Below, in pieces: positions 48,876 through 61,269 of a stretch of 64,000 nt of DNA. The stretch is taken from the NCBI RefSeq assembly GCF_009914755.1, contig NC_060926.1. One strand, 5' to 3'. Origin of the DNA: the human T2T-CHM13v2.0 reference genome, Homo sapiens. Both the position numbers and the translations under genes were made by a program. How positions within the stretch are numbered: the stretch's first letter is position 1; the number at the start of each line of letters is the position of its first letter. The notes beneath the pieces were generated by a model that had not been told where the DNA came from, searched no databases, and saw only the letters and a list, made by a program, of their open reading frames with translations.

Positions 48876-49127
48876 GTAAGTGGCTTGAGTTCAGCTCTGA
48901 CTTGTGGGCTGGGTTGATTGAATGAATCAAGATGTAGCAATAAACAAAAAACAAAAACCTCCACCTGAGCACTTGGCCAAAATCTTCAGTTAGAACTCGC
49001 AGTTTTCCAGATGGTTGTTCAGATTGATCTTCTCTTTTTAAATTCCTGAATACCAAGAACTGATATCAGGGAATCTCTAAAAGTACATGTGTGTTGTCAG
49101 AACTCCTAGAATTATGCTCGCGCTCTC

Positions 49128-49426
49128 TTTTTTTTTTTTTTTTTTTTTGAGGCAGGGTCTGGTTCTGTCACCCAGACTGGAGTACAGTGGTGCAGTCATG
49201 GCTCCCTGTAGCCATGACCTCCTGGGCTCATGCAATCCTCCCACCTCAGCCTCCCAAGTAGCTGGGACTGTAGGTGCACACCATGCCCAGCTAATTTTTG
49301 GGTTTTTTGTAGAGATGAGGTTTTGCTGTGTTGCCCAGGCTTGTGTTGAACTCCTGGGCTCAAGTGATCTGCCCGCCTCAGCCTCCCAAAGTGCTGGGAT
49401 TACAGGCACGAGCCACTGCTTTGGCC
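49128..49426 (-). mobile_element. AluJ-like
   Basis: Antisense Alu consensus. Confidence 0.9.
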
Positions 49427-50532
49427 TAGAGTTATATTCTCTTTATCCTTTTGCTCTGACCTGTGGCCCCAGATTCTTATAGACAGTGACTTCTTTTATG
49501 CCTGGTTTTTAAATGAGCCCTTAAAACAAATTGCAAGCGGGGCTTTCTAGGGTTCCTTACTCTCCTTTCTTCAATTCCACTCAAGTATCGCTACTTTGGA
49601 TTGTGTGATAAGCCTAAATTTTGTAACAATAAAGTTCCTGGTCTGCTTATTTATGAAGAAAGATTTTGTTAACGATTAATGCATCAATAGCACCAGAGAT
49701 TGGAATTGATCCATAGCTTGGTCTTGTTATCCGAGGCTCTCTGGGATTCAGACATTGACCTCATGTGTTGTCTTTAACCTCCTGCCCACATGTCACCCCC
49801 TCCCACCGCTCCCAGTCTGGGTCTTGAGACATCCAAGTTGATAACCTCTTCCTTCTCCCTGCCTCTCAAAGGACTTTAAATTCATTGTGTTTTTGTTACT
49901 GGATTTCCCTAAACCAGTTCATTAAAGCATGCTCCTGTGTAGCCTTCCCACAAATAGTTAATGAATGGTCAGCTGGGAGCTGTACTGATAGAAGAAGCAG
50001 CTTGCGTTCAGGACTGTTCCACTCCTCAGCTTCCTCGCTAATCGAGACAGAACTTGGCTGCGCTCTTTTCATTGGGGGCAAAGTCGTCAGCCTGTGCCCC
50101 TCAAGCAGTGCTCAGCCTGTGTTCCCCAGGCACTGGTGGAGCTTCAGGGATTGACTAAGGGAAGGGGCTGACAGAGGCTGGGCGTCCGCGGCCCGCACCT
50201 GCTGGGGCCTTCAGTGGTCTACTCTGATTTCTTTCTCTAGTGCATTAAACATGGTCGAGTTGTGATCCAGGGAGCAGATGCCCTGGGTTAACGAGGCTGG
50301 AAAGGTTTCGCTCTTTCCTGCGACAGAAGGAGCAGATAAGAAGACCTTCCTCCCTGGGGCCTGCTCTCCTCATCCATCAGGAAAAGCCATCACTTTGTGT
50401 TTCACTGAGCGTTTTGAAGTTGGTAGTGAGCATTGGTGCACTTCTGGCTGGCAGTCCCAGCTGCCTTTTCTCTCTATAACTGGAATAGAATGAACCTTCC
50501 TCTATCCCTCTCTTTCTTCCCACGGCCTTCAG

Positions 50533-50660
50533 GTGTTCCCAGAACCTTGCTGTGTCTGTGCCGTGTGGCTGTGAGAAGAGCTCTTGGCAAACACCGGCTT
50601 CATCTGATTCCTTCGCTGCCTCTGCCAGACCCCATAAAGAAGTTTCTACTCCATGAGTAG
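50533..50660 (+). CDS. ASB1: ASB1 coding exon 5 (SOCS box), stop TAG
   Basis: (S)VPRTLLCLCRVAVRRALGKHRLHLIPSLPLPDPIKKFLLHE* contains the BC box and an LPLP cullin box; total CDS 49+142+303+386+128 = 1008 nt = 335 aa + stop. Confidence 0.97.
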
Positions 50661-53600
50661 ACTCCAAGTGCTGCGGTTGATTCCAGTGAGGGAGAAAGTG
50701 ATCTGCAGGGAGGTGGACACCGAGCCCTGAGTGCTGTGCTGCTGCTGGTCTCCTGATGGCTGTTGCTGCAGAAGATGTCCTCGTAGACTGTCATTGCTCC
50801 TCAGGTGCCTGGGCCGCTGAACAGTCCTTGGGTCATTGTCAGCTGAGAGGCTTATACTAAAGTTATTATTGTTTTTCCCAAGTTCTCTGTTCTGGATTTT
50901 CAGTTGCATATTAATGTAACGGGCCATGGGGTATGTACATGTAGGGGCTGAGGTTGGAGGCTTACTAATTTCCCTGTAGGGAAGACTCCCAGCACTTCTG
51001 GAACTGTGCTTCTCTTTATTTTTCTACTTCTCAATTTGATGGTTCGATTAAAGCCTTCTAGTATCTCAATGAAAAGGGAGTTTCGTAAGCAAAATAGAGG
51101 ACAGAAATGCAGTTCATGAACTTGCTGGTTGGTTTTTCCTGCTCCTGGGGTAACACATGCGCTTGTCATACACGCCCCTTCCTTGCCCCTTCAGTATTCT
51201 CTCTTTGCGATGGAGGTCTCATAGTGAGTGTCTTCACTCAAGGGTGGTTTCCTGGCTGCACGGCACCTGTTCCAACACCTACTGTGCCTCTCATCAGGTG
51301 TCACGATTTTTCTGCCACTTCACCTTAGGGAGCTTCCAGTGATTGATTTTAGGAGGCCCACACCAAACTCCCCAGGAAATGACTGCCTTCCTTGGGACCA
51401 AGGACCGTTCCAACAGCATTCACTGCCAGTTCTAATAGGCGAGGAAAATGCCCGAGGCGCTGTCTTCTGTCCCCCACACGTACCAGAAAGTGAAAAATGC
51501 AGGGAGTCCTCTGGGTGGTTATGAGCCTCCAGGCGCATGCTGTCCAGTGGACAGAACATCTGGCGGTTGGTTGATTGCTCTCTTTTGTCTTGGTCGCTGC
51601 TTCTAGAATCTATGCAGGGGATAGCAGTGAGGTCAGAAGTCTTTCCCGGGAGAGAGATGGCCTGGGTTATCATTGCTGATAGCTTTGGCTGCATGAGTTG
51701 GGCTTCCCCTTACCCAGGGCTGCACAGCCAGGTGTGAGGGTCACCGGCAGGTGGGCTGGTGGCTGCAGCCTCAGAGCCCTCCCAGGTTGCTGCTGTTTCC
51801 AGTGAATCACATTTCGTCATTTGAAGCCCATGAGGACCATTGTGTGGATCCATGGTGATTCTAGACTTCAGATATATTTAGGAAGGCGCAGATTTCAAAT
51901 CTGTGTTTGATTTTCTGTAATAAGAGAAATCCAATTTGTAAAACTTGAACAATGATACCGTTTTATTTACTTAGTAGCATCACTGTGTGTCTTAGCAGGC
52001 AGGCAGTGTCTGGCCATTATTGCGTTCTACAGCCAGAGGATAGAATTCTATACCCCCAACCCCTTGTGTCACAAATGGGCTCTGTGTGGGTCACCCCAGC
52101 TGACCCGTGTATGTGCAGATGCAGTTCCGAAGGGAAGAACAGTCCTCGGGTGATTCAGAGGGGAAAATGCAATCCGGGAGGTGTTTCCTCAGCTGAGGTG
52201 ACACTGTTAGAAGCTGTGATGGTTGTGTAAATGTGGGCTGTGTGCTGTTCCCGAGGGGAGCTTGGGATTGGGTCCTGCTGAAGCCAGGAGGGTCTTCCCA
52301 AGATAGGAGAGGAACCGCAGGTGGTGAGCGGCTGGGGAGGGCCAGGACAGCCGGGGCTGGGTGCTGCAGGGGCTTCAGCCCGGGAGAGGGGGTGGGCGTG
52401 TTCTTTGTGGTACCAAAGTGGGACTAGGACAAAAATTGGGCTGTGGCTGGGGCAGGAGCTATAGGGAGTTAAGGAATGATGATAGGGAAGTTGGAGCCAC
52501 CACCGTGGACTGGGCCTTGTCACTGGAGGTCGTAGGCAGTGGCTCATCACCCTGGTAGGGCTGATAGGGGCTTTCAGGGAGGCTGGTTAGCTCCCTGCAC
52601 TCTGGCTCTTTACTGGCTTACTGTTTAGCTCCTCCCACCTCGAGGCTCTTCTTCCTGCCACCCTTTGGGCTCAGAGGAGGGTGGCTTTTTTCGAGGTGAG
52701 CCATGTTGTAGACACATGATACGCTCTGCGTCTGCTCTACTGAGTACTTTCTGCAGGGGCCTGTTAAGGACGAGGCCTCCCCAGCCCTGCCCGGTGCAGG
52801 AGGTGGCTCAGTTATTGAACCTTTTGGGAAGCAGCACCTGGGAATGCTGCCTCGTGGGAGTCCCATGCGTGAATGTGGTGGTGTGACCTTCAGGCTGCAC
52901 AGAGGCAAGGACCCAGATGTGGCAGCATGGGCGTCATGCTCCTTTGCACAGCCCAGGGCCTGTTTTGGAGGGACCAGGTCACTGCCCCTGGTCTCTCTAG
53001 GAGGAGTGGACTGAATGGATCGTTGCAGAGAAGACTCACCCAGACCTGGCCAGGGAATGATGTATCTGGGGAGAGAATGAGCTGGAGGAGGGGGCCTCTC
53101 ATGGCCCTTCCCTGGCCTGTGGCCCAGCCTGGCTGGCCTGCAGGTGTCTAGGGTCTCAGCTTTTCATTTGCAGAGGACATGTTCAACTTCCTCTCTGTTC
53201 AAGCCAGCCTTTGCCAATTTTTTCAGAATCCAAACAATTTGGAGGTTTGGTATCTTGTTTCATAGCTGCCAAATATGAATCTGAAAACAGGGTGGGTAGC
53301 TAAGGTCATTCCTCCTGGGTTTTAGTGGCATTGCCTTCCTTCACTAAAGCTCCCTTTTTTTTCTGTTGGCAAGGACAGGTTACAGAATAGGAAGAGTAGC
53401 ACTTTCCGCCTAAGCACTTTAGGAAATCACCTTTCTAAGCCCTGGGGCGCCCAAGTCCCATGGGACAGGGAAACGTGGTCCTCAGTGAGGCTGCTGCCTG
53501 GCTGGCCCGGAGTCCTCCCTAGGAGAGGGGCTCGATGGGCTGGGGGAAGGAGCCTGAAGGTTGCCCCTGGTTGCATCCCAGAAGCATCTGACTGTCACCA

Positions 53601-56365
53601 CTGCCAGTGGCTGTGGAACAGTCCTGGGCCCTGGGCCTTGGCTGCTGTCAACAGATGGGCTGGGCTGGGCTGTGGTGGGGTGGGGGACAACGTTGGTAAC
53701 TCTGAGAATTCAGCTTTGGAGTCCCGGGTGAGGGGTTTTAGATAAACCCATCAATATCACCCACATTCTGTGACTCTTTGCATCACTCGTGTTATTTATT
53801 TATTTATTTATATTCTGCCTTGTTCCAGAAAAGTGTTTAAGGCAACAACGCTTGTTTTTTGGTGTTTTCTTTTGACATTTGAAAATTTAGTACATTGTTA
53901 AAATGTACTTGTTAAACAGGTAATTTTAAAGAGAAGGAACAATTGTTTTTAGTAAGTTTTCTTTTTCCTTTTTCAATGAATTGATTCTTCAAATTAAAAG
54001 TTCTTGAGAGAAGGAGAGGAAGATACAGCAGACATAGGACTGAGCCAAGGAAGAGTCTGCCTGAGAGAGACGCTTGGCCTGTGCTTTGCTGCCATCCGTG
54101 CGGCCTTGGCCACATCCCTATTAACAGAGGCAGCTCCACTTCAGACAGGGACAAGGCTTCCTGCTGTGCCTTTCTGGCAGGGTTTTGTGGGGTCACATGG
54201 GAAGCAATGTGTTACGCAAGCAGTCTCCATGTGTGTGTAAACTGCTGTCCTGGTGACTTGTCCCTCTTCTTAGTGGAAATGCATTTGAGATGGTGACAGG
54301 GCTGGATGAACGTGTGACCCTGGGAGATCCGGGCTGGACTGTGGACCCCGATGGGCCAGTGTCCTTGTGGCCCACAGCATAGCACTGGGGACAGAGCGCT
54401 CTATGCAGGTGAGGCGTATGAGAACAGCATGGTAAATAATTGATGAAGTCACATTTGTTCAACTTAAAGGATTGTTCTTTATTCTGAAGTTATTTTCTTC
54501 CTTATTTGGATGATAAAATTTCCTTTTATGTAATGAAGGTAAAAGTAGAGGGCAATATTTTTGCTTTTTGAAATGCTCTTGGTTGCAAAACAAAATGTTG
54601 GTTGCTGTTTGTCAGCCCCAGAATTTCTTCTTAAGTTCGCCTGTCTCTGAAATCCCAAAGTCACGGAACCGCAGTCTAGCTGTGGTGCATGTTTACGTAT
54701 TGGTGAGAAATTCCTCTTGGGTTCTTGAACAGCCTGTACGCTGGCAGGCAGCACTGCAGCATTTCTGCTGCTCATGGCCAAGAACGAGTCTGGAGATCGC
54801 TGCGTGCGGTTTTAGGAAGTGCCAACACCCGTGGTGATGGGCCTCTGGCCACCCCTGGATCCATGGGACACACTCACAGGAAGCTGATGTGGCCTTCTCG
54901 GTGAGGACTGCACCTTAACCTGGGCACTGGGAGCCTGTGGCCCCCCTGTATGTTGGTGATGACACTAGTGTGGGTCTTCTGGCTCTGGGGCTACAGCTTC
55001 TGCCTCCTCACCTGGCCGTCGGTACTCGGCAAGCAGGCCTGGCCTCCCGGGGCCTGGATCCCTACCGGCTGGGATTGGCCTCCTGGAAGTACCTGTTTGG
55101 GCCATGTGACCTCCTTTCTCACTTATGCCTCACTCCCCTCCTCCCGCTCCAAACCCGAACCTCTCAGTGTGGAATGAACGCTCCAAACCCGAACCTCTCA
55201 GTGTGGAATGAAACAGTTTAGATGTGTACATGATGCACGTGGGTGGGATTCACATCCCAGGAGAATTCCACGGAGAGGAATGTGCAGATTTTGAAGTGTA
55301 CAGTGATGTGTGGAATAAATACTAGAAATTCTCAGCAGACAGTGGGATGGAGAAGTGAGTGGGGGCAGGAGGGGGATTTCTGTTGCCTTGACATGTCGTT
55401 GCTCAGTGCCTGGATTGCAGGCGAGTCTCTCTTTTTTATGTTGCTTTGATTTCAAGATCTCTTAGATATACTAGGTAGTGTATGAATGTGCATAAATCCA
55501 GTTTGAGAATGGTGTTTATGAAGAAGCTGTTTCGTGTGTACAGTTGCTGCTGTAATTTAGCCAGCAGTGCCCTGCCCTGCCCTGCAGTGTCTGCTCAGCT
55601 CCCACTGCTTCTCTTTGCTGTTGGGCATGTGAGGCATGACTTGGAGGGGGGCCTGGTGCCTGGGGACCTGCTGAAGAGAATGCTCACCACCAGCTCTCTG
55701 TTTCCCTTTCTGCTTTGGTAATCAACACGTGTTTGCCTGCAGTGGCCGGGACCGTGACTGTTTCTGCCCTTGTGCCTAGTTAAGAGCCTTCAAAAGCATA
55801 ATGAACACTTTTGATATGATATTGTAACTTTAGTAAATGCTTTACTTCCCTCTAATTGCCCCCAAATGCCTTAATTTTGTGGACTGTTTATTTCAACAGG
55901 TGGAAGTGTTGGTCGTGCGAAATCTTGGTATTCGCATTTCAAGAAGGGAGTTCTTTTTTCTTTCTTCTTTCTATGGAACGTTTCAAGTGATTGGATAGAA
56001 AGAAGGGCTCTGAAGCAGTTTTCACCTGCTCTGAGGGAACTTGGGGCTCCAGGGACGTACCCCAAATGTTGCCCAGGTTGAAACTCCCTGACAGCCTGTT
56101 CTACGTAGTGGCTCGTGGTTTCCAGTTTGAAGAGAGTTGTGCCCCTAAAAGTGTTTGAAACCTGTGGCTTTCAAGCAAGGTACCGTTGTCCCCACAGTGT
56201 TCCGTGGGGTAGGGGGTGATGGAGACTGTGGGCAAGCCTGTTGTTTTTGGCCCCCTGTTGTTACATGGGACCTGTTTTGACGGTGGGAGGGTGAGATGTG
56301 AAGATGTGGGATGAACCTGGAATGAACGAATTAAATAAAGACATGCATCCATCTGTCAGCGACTC
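50661..56365 (+). other. ASB1: ASB1 long 3'UTR; distal AATAAA 56334-56339, candidate proximal ATTAAA 51047-51052 and AATAAA 55314-55319
   Basis: Alu-free stretch after the stop; distal hexamer followed by GU/U-rich sequence; end inferred. Confidence 0.7.
55145..55212. repeat. Perfect 34-bp tandem duplication in the ASB1 3'UTR
   Basis: CGCTCCAAACCCGAACCTCTCAGTGTGGAATGAA x2. Confidence 0.95.
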
Positions 56366-57123
56366 CTTGTGTGTTCTGCCTCTTCATTCCTTGTCCCGGA
56401 ACCTCTGCCACCTCTCCTACTCTCCTGCAAAGGCGGCTTTTTATCACGAGCGGTCTCAGTCTCTCTTTGCCTTGAAACTAACTGGATTTATGTGGCAGAG
56501 ATTGCTAGTTTCCATTCATCATCCACTCTCTCCATCTGTGATAATACAACTCAAAGTTTTTAGCTGGACACTTGGATTCCCAGAATAAAGGCTTCATTTC
56601 CCAGCCTCCTGTACAGCTAGATGTAGCTGTTTACCATTGCTTCCTCCTGAAATCCCATTGATATGACAGGGAATTTTTTTAAAACATAAATCCACCAGGA
56701 TGATTAAAAATAGCAACAAAATTGGGAACCTCTCCAGAAAATAGGTGAATGGTAGTTGACTTAGAAACACCTGAGAAATCTACATTGTAAGAAAGAAATG
56801 GGAACATCCGAGCGTCCGAGTTGTCTCGCAGAGCTCCCAGAGGATTTGGAATTGGCACTTCTAGGTACCCCTGGAAGTAGTTGTGAGATAAGGTGAAACT
56901 AGTAGTCGAGGCCTGTTTAAGAAGCCGTTAGACTCCCCATTCCACACAGTTGGGCAACCGTGCCTACTTCAAACTCGTGAAAGACCAGAGGAGGTGTGCC
57001 GCTTTCAGCTTTCAGTATCTAAAATCCATAGCTCAGTAGTATCCTCTAGCAAGAAATAAAGCAGAACGAGACTTCTTTGAGGAATCTCACCAGCCTAAAA
57101 GGAAAGACCTAAAGTTAGCCATC

Positions 57124-57445
57124 CATAACATGGCCCAGGACATACCCTCACACATAACGTGGCCCAGGACATGCCCTCACACGTAACGTGGCCCAGGACA
57201 TGCCCTCACACGTAACGTGGCCCAGGACATGCCCTCACACGTAACGTGGCCCAGGACATGCCCTCACACGTAACGTGGCCCAGGACATGCCCTCACACGT
57301 AACGTGGCCCAGGACATGCCCTCACACGTAACGTGGCCCAGGACATGCCCTCACACGTAACGTGGCCCAGGACATGCCCTCACACGTAACGTGGCCCAGG
57401 ACATGCCCTCACACGTAACGTGGCCCCGGACATGCCCTCACACAT
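57124..57445. repeat. VNTR, 29-bp unit ACGTAACGTGGCCCAGGACATGCCCTCAC, 11 copies
   Basis: GGACATGCCC at 57167, 57196 ... 57428 (period 29). Confidence 0.97.
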
Positions 57446-57814
57446 CTTTCAATGCATCCCAGCAAATAAAATAATTCTGAGAATGAAGGCTGTCAGTTTC
57501 CGGATTACAAGGGCTCAGCGCACCTAGTTTCAACGCAATGGAAGGAGAAAGCACCCTGCCTTCTTCCATTCCTTATCAGTGTGCACATCCAGGCACATGA
57601 GTGTGAGATTTCAGAACACCGGGGAACGGCTGGAGGGAATGAACAGTACACATGCAGAGTATTAGGAATCAATAACTTTGCAGTCCTCAGATGCCACATA
57701 GGAAACACGGAATGTGGGCCTTCTCCAATTCTGAAGGAAGATTATTTCCAGATAGATTAAAAGGCATGCCAAAAGACTTGTAGGCTCCTTAAAAATGTAT
57801 ATTCCACACACTTT

Positions 57815-58105
57815 TATTTATTTTTATTATTTTTTTGAGACAGGGTCTCTCACCTAGGCTGGAGTGCAGTGGCACGAACACTGCTCACTGCAGCCTTGAC
57901 CTCCCAGGCTCAAGTGATTTTCCTGCTTGAGCCTCCCAAGTAGCTGGGACCACAGGCATGTGCCACCGTGCCTGGCTGATTTTTTTGTCAAGACAGGGTT
58001 TTGCCATCTTGGCCAGGCTGGTGTTGAATTCCTGGACTCAAACTATCTGCCTGCCTTGGCCTCCAAAAGTGCTGGGATTGCAGGTGGGAGCCACCGTGCC
58101 TGGCC
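57815..58105 (-). mobile_element. AluJ-like
   Basis: Antisense diverged Alu. Confidence 0.9.
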
Positions 58106-58604
58106 TTTACACGCCCTTTTAAATAAAAGGACTAGAGAATGTACTCCAAAAGGAGAAAGCATGGCATAAAGGCAATGGGAGATCCAATGCAAAGAGCAAG
58201 GTGACTCCCCAGGAGCACAGCAAAAGGAGGTTCCAGGATGGCAGCCGTGCACTCAGCATAGAAGGCAGCCAGGTTGGGTTTAGTGCTGGCTCCAGAGAAG
58301 ATAGCTTAACTATTAGGACACCTGTTGCCTCTGAACATATTGAGGGTTTACATAGGAGCTGAGATTGAATTATTGACAAGTACCTAGGAAACCAAGGGAC
58401 GTAACTCCAAGGAAAATGGGTAGGAAAGAAGAAGTTACCGCAGTAATACTATCATATAATTTAGTTATGAATAGTATTTATATAGTCCTAAAATATAAGC
58501 ACTGAACAGTAACCATATTATGATAGAAGCCTATTAGGAGAATGGAGGGCGGGAGGAGGACTGATGGGAAGTGTGTGTGAGCAAAAGCTGAATAATCGTC
58601 ATTT

Positions 58605-59335
58605 CCATGGGGAGAGGTGAAGAGAAAATGCCCAGTCTTGAAAAGCATTTTGCCCCTGACTGAGTGCCAGAGAGCACACCCTGGGCAGAAAGCATACCCA
58701 TGAGAGGCATGTGGGAGAGGCTTTGGCTTCTGTTTAAACCAGCCCAGAAGCAGCACAGCAGAGAGAAATGCTGCAGGAGGGCCGAGGGCAGGGCCTTGTG
58801 GAAAGCTGTGGAGTCCACACATCGTGGAAGCCCTTAGGGTGAGGCAAGGATGGGACCCAGCACTGGCCTCTTCAGCAGCAGGCCGTCACGGTGAGGGGAG
58901 CCACACAGGAGCACCGAAGTTGGGGGAACCTTTCACCTGGAAAGTATGGCATGTTGAGGGGGCCATGAGCTGCAAATGCACAGTTCAGCACCAGAGAACC
59001 CGAGGACAGGGAACCCAGTGCTGGAGAAAGGTCTCATGAGTGCCGTGAGTGTGGGAAGTTTCTTAGCCACAACTCCAGCTGCAAGCTGCATTGAACACTG
59101 GAGAGTCCACTGTGGTGCTGAGCCTTGTGAGTGCAGCTGATGTGGGAAAGCATTCAGCAAAGGACTCTCCTTTCTTTGGTGCCGGAAGGTTCACAACAGA
59201 AAGGCCTTGTTCATGCAGTAAAGGTTGGAAAACCTGTAGCCATATCGCTAAGTTCATTCAGCATCGGGGAGTTCACACTATAGAAAGTCCTTACAAATGC
59301 ACAGAAAGTGTTCCGCCAAAGGTCTGCTCTGATTT
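58605..59335 (+). pseudogene. Decayed C2H2 zinc-finger (KRAB-ZNF-type) gene exon, 5' part
   Basis: Frameshifted peptides CPVLKSILPLTECQRAHPGQKAYP*EACGRGF, GERSHECRECGKFLSHNS, PCECS*CGKAFS and FIQHRGVHTIESPYKCTE. Confidence 0.8.
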
Positions 59336-59339
59336 AGCC

Positions 59340-61255
59340 CTGGAGGATTTTCAGCTTTAAAATGGCGGTATAGAATCAAGCTGGCTTCACATCCCCAACA
59401 GAAAACCAAAATAAATATACAGTGTGAGATTTTCACCAGCAACAACCCAGGACTCAAAAAGAGTATGAGACAGATTCTGGGGCCACAAAGAAGTGAAAAA
59501 ACTCCAGGCAGATGGTAGGAGAGCCAGACTTGCGCACCCATGATGCCCCTTCCCCGGATTCTGCCTAGCAACAATTGAGTGGAGAATCTTTCCCTGACAG
59601 TATTAGTACACTGCTATGAAGAACTGCTTGAGACGGGGTAATTTGTAAAGAAAAGAGCTTTAATTGACTCACAGTTCTGCATGGTTGGGGAGGCCTCGGG
59701 AAACTTACAATCATGGTGGAAGGGGAAGCAGGTGCCTTCTTCACAAGGTGGCAGGAGAGAGTGTGTGTGTGAAGGAGGAAGTGTCAAACACTTATAAAAC
59801 CATCAGATCTCATAAGAACTCACTCTCACGAGGACAGCATGGGGAAACCACCCCATGATCCAATCATCTCCCACCTGGTCCCTCCTTCGACACCTGGGGA
59901 CTATAATTCAAGATGAGATTTGGCTGGGGACACAGAGCCAAACCATATCACCGACTCACCGGTTTTTACACTGGGAAGGGTGAGACTGAGGTGGTCAACC
60001 AGCTTTCCCACCATGCTAGAATCCCTGGCAGGAGACCTGTCCTTGCATTAACCGACAGGCAGCAGCATGACTGCCTGAAGAGGGAAATCTGTGGGGACAG
60101 GCAGTGACAAATGGGGGAGGGGGAACTACCATCCCCAGCCCTGGAGAGACTGCTCTGTAACAGCCACAGGAGATGCCAAATCAGAGTGGCTGTTCAGCAG
60201 CAGCCACTGGAGGAGGTATGTTTCCCAGCTCCCTTGGGCACAAACCCCTCACCAGCCTTGTCACACTGCTGGGATAATTCCTTTGGGACCTTCCCAGTTC
60301 AGGACAGGCAAAGCTCCCATCATGTTCTGGAGTTGAGGTGAGCCTGGGCTTAACGTGCCATGTGGAGCTGAAAAGGAGGCAGTGACCTAGTGGTAAAGAC
60401 TTGCTAAGCAAAAATATCCAATAAAACCCAAAACAAGCCAGACAGAGAAAACTGGAATAAATAATCCTTCAATGCAAGGACAGATGTATACTCACAAGAA
60501 ACAACAGCAAACAGGGAACTGTGACCTCTTCAAAAAGGACAAAGCAAAAATCTAGTGACCCTAACGAGAAGACAGTTTGTGAGCTCTCTGACCAAGAATT
60601 CAAAATAGCAGTTTTACAGAGACTCAGGGATCACCAAGAACACAGAAAATCACTTCTGAAATTTATCAGAGAAATTTAACAAAGATGGAAATAATCAAAC
60701 AGAAATCTTGGAACTGAGAAATACATTTGCTGAACTGAAGAACTCATTAGAGGCTCTTAACAGCAGAATGGACCAAGCAGAGGAAAGAATCAGTGAGCTT
60801 GAAGACTGTCTCTTTGAAAATACACAGAGGAGAAAAAAGAATGAGAAGGAATGAAGATCACCTACAAGAGAGAAAATTACCTCAAAAGACCAAATCTGAG
60901 AATCATGGGTGTTCAGGAGGATGCTGAGCAAGGGCAAGGGGTAGAAAGCAGATTCAAAGAAATAATAACAGAGAACTTCCCAAAGCTTGAGAAGGAGTTA
61001 AACATCCAGGCACAGGAAGGTCTAGAACACCAAACAGATTCCACCCAAATAAGACTACCCTAAGGCATACACTACTCAAACTCTCAAGGTCAAGGACAAA
61101 GAGAGGATCCTAAAAGCAGCAAATAACATAAATGAATGGAGCTCTGATTCATCTCACAGCAGAATTCTCAACGGAGAACCATACCCTAACCCTAACCACC
61201 TTTAACTTGGGGGGTTTTGGCAGGAGGGAATGGAATGGAATTTTCAAAATGCTTG
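59340..61255 (+). mobile_element. Old L1 (L1M/L1PB-type) 5'UTR plus ORF1 fragment, interrupted by THE1
   Basis: AAAATGGCGG 5' start motif; ORF1 peptides ELSDQEFKIAVL, EILELRNTFAELKNSLEALNSRMDQAEERISELED, KRPNLRIMGV and FKEIITENFPKLEKE. Confidence 0.85.
59599..59950 (-). mobile_element. THE1 (ERVL-MaLR) solo LTR; 5-bp TSD CTGAC/CCGAC
   Basis: Ends ...GAGATTTGGCTGGGGACACAGAGCCAAACCATATCA, the reverse complement of the THE1 5' end. Confidence 0.92.
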
Positions 61256-61269
61256 ATGATTTAGTCCTG

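Noticed and set aside
52880-53100. Possible KRAB-A exon for the ZNF fossil (GTGACCTTC, GGAGGAGTGG fragments)
   Set aside because: Fragments are ~100 bp apart and not colinear with KRAB spacing; too short to support
57124-57445. CRISPR-like appearance of a 29-bp repeat
   Set aside because: Head-to-tail units with no unique spacers, no cas genes, eukaryotic context
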